40,880 nt of DNA from an uncultured Thermococci archaeon (lineage in GTDB: Archaea > Methanobacteriota_B > Thermococci > Thermococcales > Thermococcaceae). Of this stretch, positions 32,704 to 40,880 are shown in pieces (positions within the stretch are counted from its first letter, which is position 1; every line of letters begins with the position of its first letter). The position numbers were made by a program, and so were the translations under genes. The stretch spans positions 1 through 40,880 of the forward strand of contig CAZAPD010000056.1 of NCBI GenBank assembly GCA_964487115.1, in the 5' to 3' direction. The notes beneath the pieces were generated by a model. It was not told the origin of the DNA and did no database searches. It worked only from the letters and a program-made list of their open reading frames with translations.

Positions 32704-33729
32704 TCATGGAACCGGTTCTGCTTTTTCTTTTAAAACTTTGCAGTCCCACAATCTGGCGACTGCCTTCCAAGTTTTAACATATCCAACTAAAAATGGAATC
32801 TGAACTATTGGAGTTATGGCTGGAGGTATGGCCATCATCCCAATTCCCGCCGTCAGTGCAATCGCCATCGCAGTTCCCTCATTCTTCCCGATCGAAGTGA
32901 AAGTCATTGCCATGTGATCTTTATAAGGGATTCCAATCACTTTATCAAGAAGCGTGAGGGTCAGCAATGCTGTGGTGTAGTAGAGGACAAGCGGAATCAG
33001 AACCAATCCAACAATTTCGGGCTTGTTAGCGATTACTCTTGCCTTCTCCATGAAAATTAGAAACACTATCATATACATGCCGATGAGGGAGATTGTGGGG
33101 AAGAGTGGACGGAGGCGGAAGAAACCCTCACTCCCGAGTTTCCTGAGAAGATAATATCTCGTGAGAAGGCCAAGAGTCATTGGGGTTATGACCACTATCA
33201 GTATCGTTTTCACCAGCAGCCATGAGGAGAGAGCAATGTGGTAGCCAGATGCAAAGATCTTTAACCATCCGGGGACGGTGAGTATAGCGAGGGTAAAACT
33301 GAGGGCCACAATTATAGTAGCCAACTCGAGGTTCCCCCTTGTGAAGCCGGTGTAGGCTATGCTCATGGAGGAGCAAGGCACAACGACTGCTAGGAGGAGG
33401 CCAAGGGCGAGCTGAGAGTTAATCGGATGGAAGAGCCCCACCAGCCATATCGAGACATACATGGCAAGAGGTGAAAATATGAGTCCCATGGAGAGTGCAA
33501 GCGTTAGTTGCTTCCAGAGCTTCATGCTGTCTTTGAGCTCCCCTATCCGGAGATTCACCATCATCGGATATATCATGCTAATAACAACGATTAGGTTCAA
33601 GACCTTAAGGCTCTGGTGGTAGGGCTTTAGGTTAATGTGAATTCCCGTGTAGAAGCCCAGAACCATCGCGAGGACAACATAAACCGGAAGGTACCTATCT
33701 ACATGATTCCTCAACCTAATCAGGTTCAT
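32704..33729 (-). CDS. ACR3/bile acid:sodium symporter superfamily transporter
   Basis: MIYPMMV, PCSSMS (ACR3 TM4 Cys) and KNEGTAMAIA. Confidence 0.85.
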   Translation of the reverse strand: MNLIRLRNHVDRYLPVYVVLAMVLGFYTGIHINLKPYHQSLKVLNLIVVISMIYPMMVNLRIGELKDSMKLWKQLTLALSMGLIFSPLAMYVSIWLVGLFHPINSQLALGLLLAVVVPCSSMSIAYTGFTRGNLELATIIVALSFTLAILTVPGWLKIFASGYHIALSSWLLVKTILIVVITPMTLGLLTRYYLLRKLGSEGFFRLRPLFPTISLIGMYMIVFLIFMEKARVIANKPEIVGLVLIPLVLYYTTALLTLTLLDKVIGIPYKDHMAMTFTSIGKNEGTAMAIALTAGIGMMAIPPAITPIVQIPFLVGYVKTWKAVARLWDCKVLKEKAEPVP

Positions 33730-34081
33730 TTCCCGTCACCTCTGGTTTTATGAGCAAAGCGGACTGGAAGATTTTCTTTGGAACCTTCATGCCTGTCGAA
33801 TCTGCAGTTTCTGGGAAAAAGCTGAGCCTTATGTGACTCGGGAGGAAAATCAGAGAAACGTCCTTCTCAGCGGACTCCACGAGAATTCTCCTAGGGTCCT
33901 CGGGATCTCTGGCTGGAGAGGCATACTTCGTAACATCATCCATACTCTCTAACTCGTTCTCATTAACAATGTAAATCAGAATAACTTCTCTAATGGAAAG
34001 CGTGTTCTCCTCTTCAAACTTCACCATTGCCCTCGCATGGCCGATGCGGAAATCTGCTGGAATTAGTCCATTTCTCAACAT
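33716..34081 (-). CDS. Degenerate universal stress protein (possibly pseudogenising)
   Basis: USP-like LIPADF, EVILIYIV, AEKDVSLIFLPSH and ALLIKP, but the G-x2-G/GS nucleotide motif is eroded; AGGTGA RBS. Confidence 0.55.
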   Translation of the reverse strand: MLRNGLIPADFRIGHARAMVKFEEENTLSIREVILIYIVNENELESMDDVTKYASPARDPEDPRRILVESAEKDVSLIFLPSHIRLSFFPETADSTGMKVPKKIFQSALLIKPEVTGNEPD

Positions 34082-34123
34082 TATTATCACCTGACATCTT
34101 TTTCATTTTAAATATTTTTCATA

Positions 34124-34141
34124 TGTTAGGAAAGCCTAACA
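34124..34141. promoter_or_regulatory. 18-bp palindrome resembling a DtxR/MntR-family box
   Basis: TGTTAGG-AAAG-CCTAACA, directly downstream of the minus-strand TATA at 34143-34150. Confidence 0.55.
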
Positions 34142-34229
34142 CTTTTTAAAGCTTTCTGGACAGGTTTGAGATATTGTGAGGACAAATCACAGTTATTACT
34201 CAAAAGTATGGGATTCAACCTGGAAACTC

Positions 34230-35001
34230 TATATGGAGCGTTCTCGTTAAATCCTTGTGTTATGAGTTGCATAAGCGGAGCTTCGTATTCTGCCGACTGA
34301 AGCCTTTTGAACATCCCTTAACTATCTTGCGCACCCTATGTGTCCTCTTGGATGATCATGGTCTATTATGCATCATTTAGGAGATTCGCCTTTGCATTGT
34401 TAAAGGCCCTCAGAGTGCTTTTTTAGTGGTTTCTCTCGCAAATGAATGCCTTCCAGCTAGAGAATCTCTCAGAATCATCTTTTACGGCTTTTATCCTGGA
34501 GGTAAATCCCGTCATTACATAATCTGATAGTTTTGTCTCCATCTTAAGTTTAAGTTCATTTACCTCATATTTCTTGGGAGGAATTTACCTCATGTAATCC
34601 TTTCTTCTCAATCTCGACCTCACTTTTACTCATTTTCTTAACACCTTCTCCATAGACGTGTTCATTCTCATGGACAACAGGGAGTTTTTGCTAACCCTGG
34701 TTTTCACATAGCCCTATGCTTAAAGTTCTTTGCATAAGGAACGTTGCAATGAGATAAAAAATCTAACTATGAGTTATTTCCAAGACTTATGCCAAAATAT
34801 CATTCTTTGATATCCCTCCTCTTTAAGAAGTCCATGCAGAGATGAATTGAAGAGTGAACTTTCTGAGTTTTGTCCTTTCTGCAATGGAAAAATCTGTTAT
34901 ATTCCTTTCCTCAAGGAGAATCAGTTATATTTCTTCCAAACTACATGCTGATTCCTTTTCCATTATTTCCCCTAAACTGCTTACAGAATAACTGGTATCA
35001 T
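34230..35001 (-). pseudogene. Heavily decayed paralogue of smsB (SufB-like)
   Basis: Fragments in shifting frames align in order with the intact 28945-29895 protein: SIHLCMDFLKEEGYQRMIF, SHCNVPYAKNFKH, HENEHVYGEGVKKMSKSEVEI, ELKLKM...TSRIKAVKDDS, KSTLRAFNNAKANLLNDA, EAPLMQLITQG. Boundaries are approximate. Confidence 0.85.
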
Positions 35002-35073
35002 TTTAGACACGATATCGATATCAAAAACATCATTACGAATGAAATTTAAAGTTTTCTGGACATTTTTGACCTT

Positions 35074-35090
35074 AACCTCCGGTTGAAAAC
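35074..35090. promoter_or_regulatory. Extended SurR binding site
   Basis: AAC-CTCCG-GTT-GAA-AAC, an exact AACn5GTTn3AAC, upstream of the ferredoxin BRE/TATA (35101-35116). Confidence 0.7.
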
Positions 35091-35149
35091 AAAAACATTT
35101 GAAAAAAATTTTAAATGAAGTTTAATTCATATAAATTGAGGTGGTTAAT

Positions 35150-35569
35150 ATGAGTGATGTGAAACCTCCAGTAATTGGTAAAGATGCTCTCGGAAGAGAA
35201 GTTAAGGATTTGAGCGTAATTCCGTGGTGGGGAGTGGACAGAAGGGAAATCGAATGGTATCCAAGGATAAACTATGATAAATGCGTGGGATGCGGTCTTT
35301 GTTTTGTAACATGTGGGAGAAGAGTTTTTGACTGGGATATTGACAACGCCAGACCGATAGTGGCAATGCCATATAACTGCATGGTAGGATGCAGCACCTG
35401 TGCCATGCTCTGCCCCTGTGATGCCATAGAATTCCCAGATAAGGTTTATCTAAAGAAATGGGTAGCTAAGGGAAGGGTCATAAAGAAAGCATTTGAAATG
35501 GTTGATTCAATAATGCCCAAGAATCACTTGAGTGAAAAGGAAATAGAAACTACGCCTCAAGATGAGTAA
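35150..35569 (+). CDS. 4Fe-4S dicluster ferredoxin-family protein
   Basis: CVGCGLCFVTC and CMVGCSTCAMLCP; GAGGTGG RBS. Confidence 0.9.
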   Translation: MSDVKPPVIGKDALGREVKDLSVIPWWGVDRREIEWYPRINYDKCVGCGLCFVTCGRRVFDWDIDNARPIVAMPYNCMVGCSTCAMLCPCDAIEFPDKVYLKKWVAKGRVIKKAFEMVDSIMPKNHLSEKEIETTPQDE

Positions 35570-35680
35570 AAATTAAAAACTCTTTACTTTTTATTTTCCG
35601 CTGACGCTGATGAAAAACCTAAATACAAAACTAAAGCCCGTTTGAAGATGTTTAATTTCTGACCTTATCAAAATCGATCA

Positions 35681-37027
35681 TTACCAACCTTGAATCTTTG
35701 TTAGAACCTTGTCCGGAACTTTTCCCTCCTCAACGTCGGCTATAGCCTGTTCCAGCTTATTAAGGCCTTCATCCAGGAGATCTTCTTCAATCGTTAGTGG
35801 CGGCTGAATCCTGAGAACGTTTCCTTGGAGGAACGCCAAAATAAGACCGAGCTCATATGCCCTCCACACGACTTTCTTAGCTTCGTTATATGCTCTCTCT
35901 TTTGTCTCTCTGTCCTTCACCAAATCAATACCAAGCATCAAGCCAAGACCTCTGACGTCACCAATTAACTCATGTTCCTCTTTCATCTTTTCAAGTCTCC
36001 TTTTAGTGTATTCTCCAAGTTTTTCTGCTCTTTTCAGAAGATCATTCTCTTCTATTTCCTCTATCACCGCGAGTGCTGCTCTACTGGCGACTGCATTACC
36101 GCTCAGTGTGAAAGTATGGCCGAGAGGGGGTAAGGCCTCCATAATTTCCTCCCTCCCAATCACTGCACTGATTGGAAATCCACCACCCAATGGCTTGGCA
36201 ATTGTAATTATGTCAGGAGTGACGTCGAAATGCTCTATGGCAAACCATTTGCCTGTCCTGCCCATCCCGCTTTGAACTTCGTCCACAACAAGGAGAATTC
36301 CATGTTCATCAAGAATCCTTTTGATTTTTCTGAAATACTCTTTTGGAGGAACAACCATCCCTGCATCTCCCTGTATTGATTCAGCGAAAAGTGCTGCAAC
36401 ACCATCAGCATAGACTTCTCCTTCGAATTTTTCCTTTAGATATTTAACGCATTCCATCTTGCAGCTTTTTGGCTCTTTTCCAAAAGGACAGCGATAGCAG
36501 TTAGGATAGGGGATGTAGTGTATGTCACTGAGTTCGCCGACTATTGAGCGCACTTCGAAGTCAAGGCCTGTTATGCTCATTGCACCGTAAGTTGCTCCGT
36601 AATAGCTTCTTAAATAGCTTAGAATCGTTCTTCTCTTTGTATATGCCCGTGCAAACTTTATTGCGCCATCATTGGCATCGCTTCCACTTTGTCCAAATGT
36701 AATCTTTGCATTTTTTATTGGGGAAATCTCTTTTAATTTTTCTGCTAACAGAAGAGGCTCTAATGGAAAACCATAGATGAAAGTGAAGTGTATCAATTTT
36801 TGAGTTTGTTCTATAGCAGCTTTGACAACTCTTTCATTGTTATGACCGACGTTCTGAACTGCGGCATCGCTTAAAAAGTCGATGTACTCCCTCCCCTCGA
36901 TATCCCACACTTTTGCATTTTTTGCTTTAACTCCTACAATTGGAGCATATGTTACTCTGGCGGCTTTTGGAAAAACTTTTAAGTATCTTTCAACAACTTC
37001 CTCAGGTTTTAAATTCATGAATTTCAT
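35681..37027 (-). CDS. Class-III PLP enzyme, probable amino-acid (Leu/Met-type) racemase
   Basis: [25 protein letters not shown] and [13 protein letters not shown] replaces the aminotransferase QGEGG. Confidence 0.8.
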   Translation of the reverse strand: MKFMNLKPEEVVERYLKVFPKAARVTYAPIVGVKAKNAKVWDIEGREYIDFLSDAAVQNVGHNNERVVKAAIEQTQKLIHFTFIYGFPLEPLLLAEKLKEISPIKNAKITFGQSGSDANDGAIKFARAYTKRRTILSYLRSYYGATYGAMSITGLDFEVRSIVGELSDIHYIPYPNCYRCPFGKEPKSCKMECVKYLKEKFEGEVYADGVAALFAESIQGDAGMVVPPKEYFRKIKRILDEHGILLVVDEVQSGMGRTGKWFAIEHFDVTPDIITIAKPLGGGFPISAVIGREEIMEALPPLGHTFTLSGNAVASRAALAVIEEIEENDLLKRAEKLGEYTKRRLEKMKEEHELIGDVRGLGLMLGIDLVKDRETKERAYNEAKKVVWRAYELGLILAFLQGNVLRIQPPLTIEEDLLDEGLNKLEQAIADVEEGKVPDKVLTKIQGW

Positions 37028-37243
37028 GCTCGCACCCTATATACTATATGCGTTTGGAAATAATATCTTTTTCGGTCAATTCTTGCTGGATGTATAGAAC
37101 TTTTAAGAATATTACACTGAATTAGCAGATAAAAGGGCAAAAAATGCTAATAGTAAAATAAAGATAGTACTCTCGATAGAACATCTTATATCCTCAATAG
37201 CACATCCAGCCAAGTGGTGTCTCAAGTAGACCACAGGGATATT

Positions 37244-38320
37244 CTAAGTCACAATTTCAACTCCTGCCTTTTTAACTATATATGTATCCTCCTTTTTTAT
37301 AGCCCCTTCAGGGATCATGAGTGGAGAGTGGATTATTGTTAGAACCATGTTTTCCTGAACTTTCTGAGCTCTCTGGGGAACCACTATGGTGGCTATTGGA
37401 GGTTCTTCTATCAACAAACCCACTCCGTGTGTGTAGCCAGCTATATATGCATCACCAAATCCATTTTCCCTGATAAACTTAGCCAATTTCTTCTCAACTG
37501 ATGCTAAGGATACTCCGATTCTTGTCTCTTCGAGGGCTATTTCATGACCCTTTTCTTTAATCTCAATAGCTTTTCTTACTCTTTTCCCGGGATCACCTAT
37601 GATGAAAGTTCTTGCCATATTGGCATAATAGTGGTTCCAGTCAGCTCCTATAACAACGGTAACTACTCCACTCTCTTCAACCCTCAAATCTCTGAAAGGT
37701 TCAGCATGCGCCCTCGGGGTTGTTGAAACATAGACCTTAGGATCTTCGCTGCCACTGAGCATAAGCTCTCTCATAACCTCTGCCGCGATCTCAAGTTCGC
37801 TAATTCCAGGCTTTATGACTTCTTCAGCTACTTTCATGCCCTTCTGGGCAATCTTCCCAGCGTTTCTTATATTCTCAAGCTCCCACTCATCCTTTATCAT
37901 TCTCAGTCTCATTGTAAGGTCAAATATGTCCACAACTTCCACCGATGGATTTAACCTTTGGAAGAGCTTGAGGAAAAGCAGATAAGCATCTCTCTCGACG
38001 CCGAATTCCAGTCCAACCCTATGATAGCCATTTTTTGCAATCCAGCTCACCACTCCGGCCATTAAATCCTCAACTTTTTGAAACTCAACCACGTTCTCTA
38101 TCCAGCTCTTCTCCCTGAAAAGCTCCCCTTCTCCTTTAACCACATAAACTGTAGGTTCCCCTTCTGCAGGGATTATGAGGGAAGGCCGAAGCCATTTAGT
38201 GCCTGTGAAATATATATAACTGGAAAGAGTCCGTATAACTGCTCCATCTATCTCGTTTTCCCTGAGCAGCTTCTGAAACCTTTCAACTCTTTTCCTGAAT
38301 ATCTCATCTGTTCCTCTCAT
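37244..38320 (-). CDS. M24 (Xaa-Pro peptidase/creatinase) family protein
   Basis: Creatinase-type N-domain, LRMIKDEWE, THGVGLLIEE and KKEDT. Confidence 0.88.
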   Translation of the reverse strand: MRGTDEIFRKRVERFQKLLRENEIDGAVIRTLSSYIYFTGTKWLRPSLIIPAEGEPTVYVVKGEGELFREKSWIENVVEFQKVEDLMAGVVSWIAKNGYHRVGLEFGVERDAYLLFLKLFQRLNPSVEVVDIFDLTMRLRMIKDEWELENIRNAGKIAQKGMKVAEEVIKPGISELEIAAEVMRELMLSGSEDPKVYVSTTPRAHAEPFRDLRVEESGVVTVVIGADWNHYYANMARTFIIGDPGKRVRKAIEIKEKGHEIALEETRIGVSLASVEKKLAKFIRENGFGDAYIAGYTHGVGLLIEEPPIATIVVPQRAQKVQENMVLTIIHSPLMIPEGAIKKEDTYIVKKAGVEIVT

Positions 38321-38321
38321 C

Positions 38322-39656
38322 TCAATCCCTCCAATCGAGTAGTCTCTTCTCGCCTTCTAAGGCTTTTAACCTACTTATTTCTTGGGTAATTTCAAGCGTT
38401 CCCAGATAGTTACCTTCATCATCTCTTACAGGCACATATTTTATGTACACAAATTTTGGTCCCATCTGTATCCAGAATTCTGCACTCTCCTTTCTCCCTT
38501 CCTTAAATGCCCTGAGGATTTTGTTTACTATATGAACACTTTTCGGTGGATGGCAGAGCTGAACTGGTCTTCCTATTATTGAAGGAGTTCTCGTGAATAT
38601 TCTGTCTCCTCCAGAGAAAAACCTAACTCTATCGTCTTTGTCAATGAAAGTGATATCAACTGGCAAATGTTTGAAGATCGCATTCAGCTCTTTTACTGAG
38701 AGATATCCATTTTCAACTTCAATGTCTCCTTCTCTCTTAACCTGTGTTTTATCTGCTTCCAGACTTTGCCCTTTGAGGGCAACCTGCACTTCCCTCGGTA
38801 AGCTTAGTATATCCTCAGCCGTTAAACCTGGATCTATCTGCCATGGATAAAGGGGCTCGATTTTGGGATTCCATTCGGCTGGTTTGACCCTGTAGTATCC
38901 GATTTCACTTTCCTGCATTTTTACTGCCTTCCATTCTCCTTCGGATAGAAGTGCATGAAGGGTTGGATAAAGAATGTTGTTCTCTCTGAAAACCATGTCA
39001 ATTAAAGCTCGTGAAAGCTCCCCAGCTTTATCCTTGAGTGCCTGCATAAATTTATCCCATGACATTCCATCCTTTTTAGCTATGAGTTGAAGGAGCTGGC
39101 GAATTATGTATCTTATCTCATCGTGCTTAGTCCACAGAACGGTTGCAACTGCGGTTATGCCTCTCCTTTCAATGTATGGAAAGAGGAGCATTTCTTCCCG
39201 GTTGTAATGTGTAAATCCAACAGCTCTAAGGTTTTTAGCAAGCTCTTCCACAATTCTCAGAAGTTCCTCTCTCATTGTTTCATCTTTGGTATTTGCCAGT
39301 GTTGAAGCATACAAATTGAGCATTTCTGCATCTTTCATTATCTCTTTGTTTTCCTCATAGAGAGTTCTTAGGGGATGCCCTTCCGGAAGACTTTTTTCCT
39401 CTTCTTTCTCCGCTCCAGCAACTGCCTCCCTAAAGAGTTCAACGTGGATATCGCACATTTTAGCTATCTCTCTCGCTGAGATACCCTCTTTAACCAGTTC
39501 TTGCTCAATAATCGGAATTTCAAGTGGAGAAATGCTCTGGAGCAACGCCTTGAATTCCTCCCTGAGTTTTTCAACATCTTCACCCTTGTGAATTTTCTTC
39601 AGGAGCTCTTTCATCCTCTCCTTCTTATGCTCACGATTGTTTAAAATTTCAGTCAT
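38322..39656 (-). CDS. DUF438 protein with hemerythrin-like and PAS domains
   Basis: IPIIEQEL, MCDIH, GHP, HYNREE..LFP, KHDEIR, RENNILYP, LPVDITFID and CHPPKS; AGGTGA RBS before ATG 39656. Confidence 0.9.
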   Translation of the reverse strand: MTEILNNREHKKERMKELLKKIHKGEDVEKLREEFKALLQSISPLEIPIIEQELVKEGISAREIAKMCDIHVELFREAVAGAEKEEEKSLPEGHPLRTLYEENKEIMKDAEMLNLYASTLANTKDETMREELLRIVEELAKNLRAVGFTHYNREEMLLFPYIERRGITAVATVLWTKHDEIRYIIRQLLQLIAKKDGMSWDKFMQALKDKAGELSRALIDMVFRENNILYPTLHALLSEGEWKAVKMQESEIGYYRVKPAEWNPKIEPLYPWQIDPGLTAEDILSLPREVQVALKGQSLEADKTQVKREGDIEVENGYLSVKELNAIFKHLPVDITFIDKDDRVRFFSGGDRIFTRTPSIIGRPVQLCHPPKSVHIVNKILRAFKEGRKESAEFWIQMGPKFVYIKYVPVRDDEGNYLGTLEITQEISRLKALEGEKRLLDWRD

Positions 39657-39668
39657 TTTATCACCTTC

Positions 39669-39682
39669 ATGACACATGTCAT
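39669..39682. promoter_or_regulatory. Operator ATGACA-N2-TGTCAT (DUF438 promoter)
   Basis: Perfect 6-bp arms between the TATA (39691-39697, minus strand) and the RBS; a second copy lies at 39836-39849. Confidence 0.7.
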
Positions 39683-39835
39683 ACTGAGCATTTTTAAGCT
39701 TTTCTACTCAATTTTGGGTAGTACCGATGTAACTGTGGTTATGCCAAACAATGGGGGTTTATTAGTATTTTGAAAACAGCATTCACACAGCATTATTCTA
39801 CGAGTTTCTACTCACTTTTGTCCAGTAAAACTTAT

Positions 39836-39849
39836 ATGTCACGTGTCAT
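39836..39849. promoter_or_regulatory. Operator ATGTCA-CG-TGTCAT (regulator's own promoter)
   Basis: One mismatch to the first copy; overlaps TATA TTATAT at 39832-39837. Confidence 0.65.
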
Positions 39850-39864
39850 TGAAATTTAAATGTC

Positions 39865-40263
39865 ATGAAAACGAATGCCTTTGAGGTTGCTTCTCGATAT
39901 GTATATCCCTCATTGAGAAGGCGCTTAGTTGAGATTTTATATAGGAACCATAAGCTTAGACAGACAGAAATTGCTAACCTTCTTTATATTACCCAATCGG
40001 CCGTTTCCCGCTACTTAAAAATGGATAGGGGTGCTCTGATAGATGTTGAAAGTTTTGGAGATATTGACATGGAACTTAAAATGCTGGCTGATGAGATAAT
40101 CAGAAAACAGCCTGATGAATACAACCTCCACTCAAGACTTATAGAAATCTCTCTGAAGATGCTCGGAAAGGGGTATGTGTGTTCCTTTCATCTCCACATT
40201 GACCCTGAAATTGACCCCAAGAACTGTCATGTATGTTTAGACCTTTTTGGAGAAGGAGATTAA
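39865..40263 (+). CDS. HTH transcription regulator (COG2522-like) with C-terminal Cys/His metal site
   Basis: QTEIANLLYITQSAVSRYL and C-terminal CSFH...CHVC. Confidence 0.88.
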   Translation: MKTNAFEVASRYVYPSLRRRLVEILYRNHKLRQTEIANLLYITQSAVSRYLKMDRGALIDVESFGDIDMELKMLADEIIRKQPDEYNLHSRLIEISLKMLGKGYVCSFHLHIDPEIDPKNCHVCLDLFGEGD

Positions 40264-40776
40264 CAGTGTAAAGATTATTATCAGGATTATCTCATAGGTT
40301 TCTACCAGTGCCGCAGATGGCCATGGAACGAATGTTCCCAAAACTGCGAGCAGAAAAATTAGAACAACTGGATTCCGAATTTTTCTCCTACTTCCCAACC
40401 CAAACACCAGCATCCCGATGAAGAACTGGATAAAGAAATATGTTGAGATAAATGTATGAGGTCTTGTTCCGGAGTGAAACACCCCAATCAGGGCAAGAAA
40501 TATTGCGGAAACGCTGATATATGATGCTCCAATGGTCTGGAGCTTATTGCCTGAGAGTGAGAGGAGATACACCGAGAACAGCATCATAAATATTGCCGTA
40601 ATAATCAAGCCGCAGTTGTAAATCCATGGTGAGTTGGCGGAGATATCACCAAGATCACTTAAGGCATTCTGAAAAAAGTCGAACCATGGATTTCTGTATA
40701 TGCTCCATCCTGTAAAGATCCAGAAAATTGCACCTCCTGCAATCCCAAAAAATCTAAAAAATTCTGGAATCTTCAT
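40237..40776 (-). CDS. DUF998 family membrane protein
   Basis: NPWFDFFQNALSDLG and LALIGVF...PH. Confidence 0.85.
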   Translation of the reverse strand: MKIPEFFRFFGIAGGAIFWIFTGWSIYRNPWFDFFQNALSDLGDISANSPWIYNCGLIITAIFMMLFSVYLLSLSGNKLQTIGASYISVSAIFLALIGVFHSGTRPHTFISTYFFIQFFIGMLVFGLGSRRKIRNPVVLIFLLAVLGTFVPWPSAALVETYEIILIIIFTLLISFSKKV

Positions 40777-40848
40777 TGTTTGTCCCCGGGAACATTCTGT
40801 TCCAAAACCTTAATATGTTTTCTATACCATCTCAATGTGGTGGTAATC

Positions 40849-40880
40849 ATGAAAAGGGCTTTAGTCACATTAACACCTCC
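40849..40880 (+). CDS. Start of a hypothetical protein (truncated by the window)
   Basis: GGTGGT RBS, then MKRALVTLTP; TATA-like TTAATA at about 40810. Confidence 0.55.
   Translation, partial: MKRALVTLTP

Noticed and set aside
35605..35665. C/D-like arrangement TGATGA...CTAA...TTGAAGA...CTGA
   Set aside because: Guides are A/T-rich, spacing is irregular, D' is imperfect and there is no terminal stem; at best a decayed sRNA in a convergent terminator zone.
37085..37210. 9-bp inverted repeat GCTGGATGT/ACATCCAGC bounding about 125 bp (MITE-like?)
   Set aside because: Single copy, no target-site duplication seen and no transposase in the window.

Overview
Archaeal DNA of Thermococcales type: GGTGA/GGAGG ribosome-binding sites, BRE/TATA promoters, aRF1 and an MBS complex. 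The left third holds housekeeping and surface-glycan genes: a GT-C-like membrane protein missed by the ORF track, a C/D box sRNA, prf1, a DapA-family gene, argS, DUF354, wecC-wecB, a radical SAM-TRAM gene and an ACT regulator. It also has a promoter-backed structured ncRNA candidate at about 13.24-13.31 kb. The region 14.3-23.9 kb is the complete 13-gene membrane-bound sulfane reductase (MBS/Mbx) operon, with SurR-type sites. It is followed at about 24-35.6 kb by a patchy, partly decaying sulfur/Fe-S accessory region. That region contains a NifB/NifX protein, a GbsR regulator with a 26-bp operator facing a large radical SAM/SPASM enzyme (possible GMGT-synthase family), TDT and TauE exporters, and a minimal SUF-like SmsCB pair. 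It also contains an ABC exporter, ACR3, a degenerate USP, an unannotated decayed second smsB copy and a ferredoxin with an upstream SurR site. The right end carries a class-III PLP racemase/aminotransferase, an M24 protein with altered metal ligands, DUF438 and a divergent HTH regulator with paired operators. No CRISPR array, tRNA, rRNA or transposase was seen. Family assignments come from motif recognition and recall, not from database searches.
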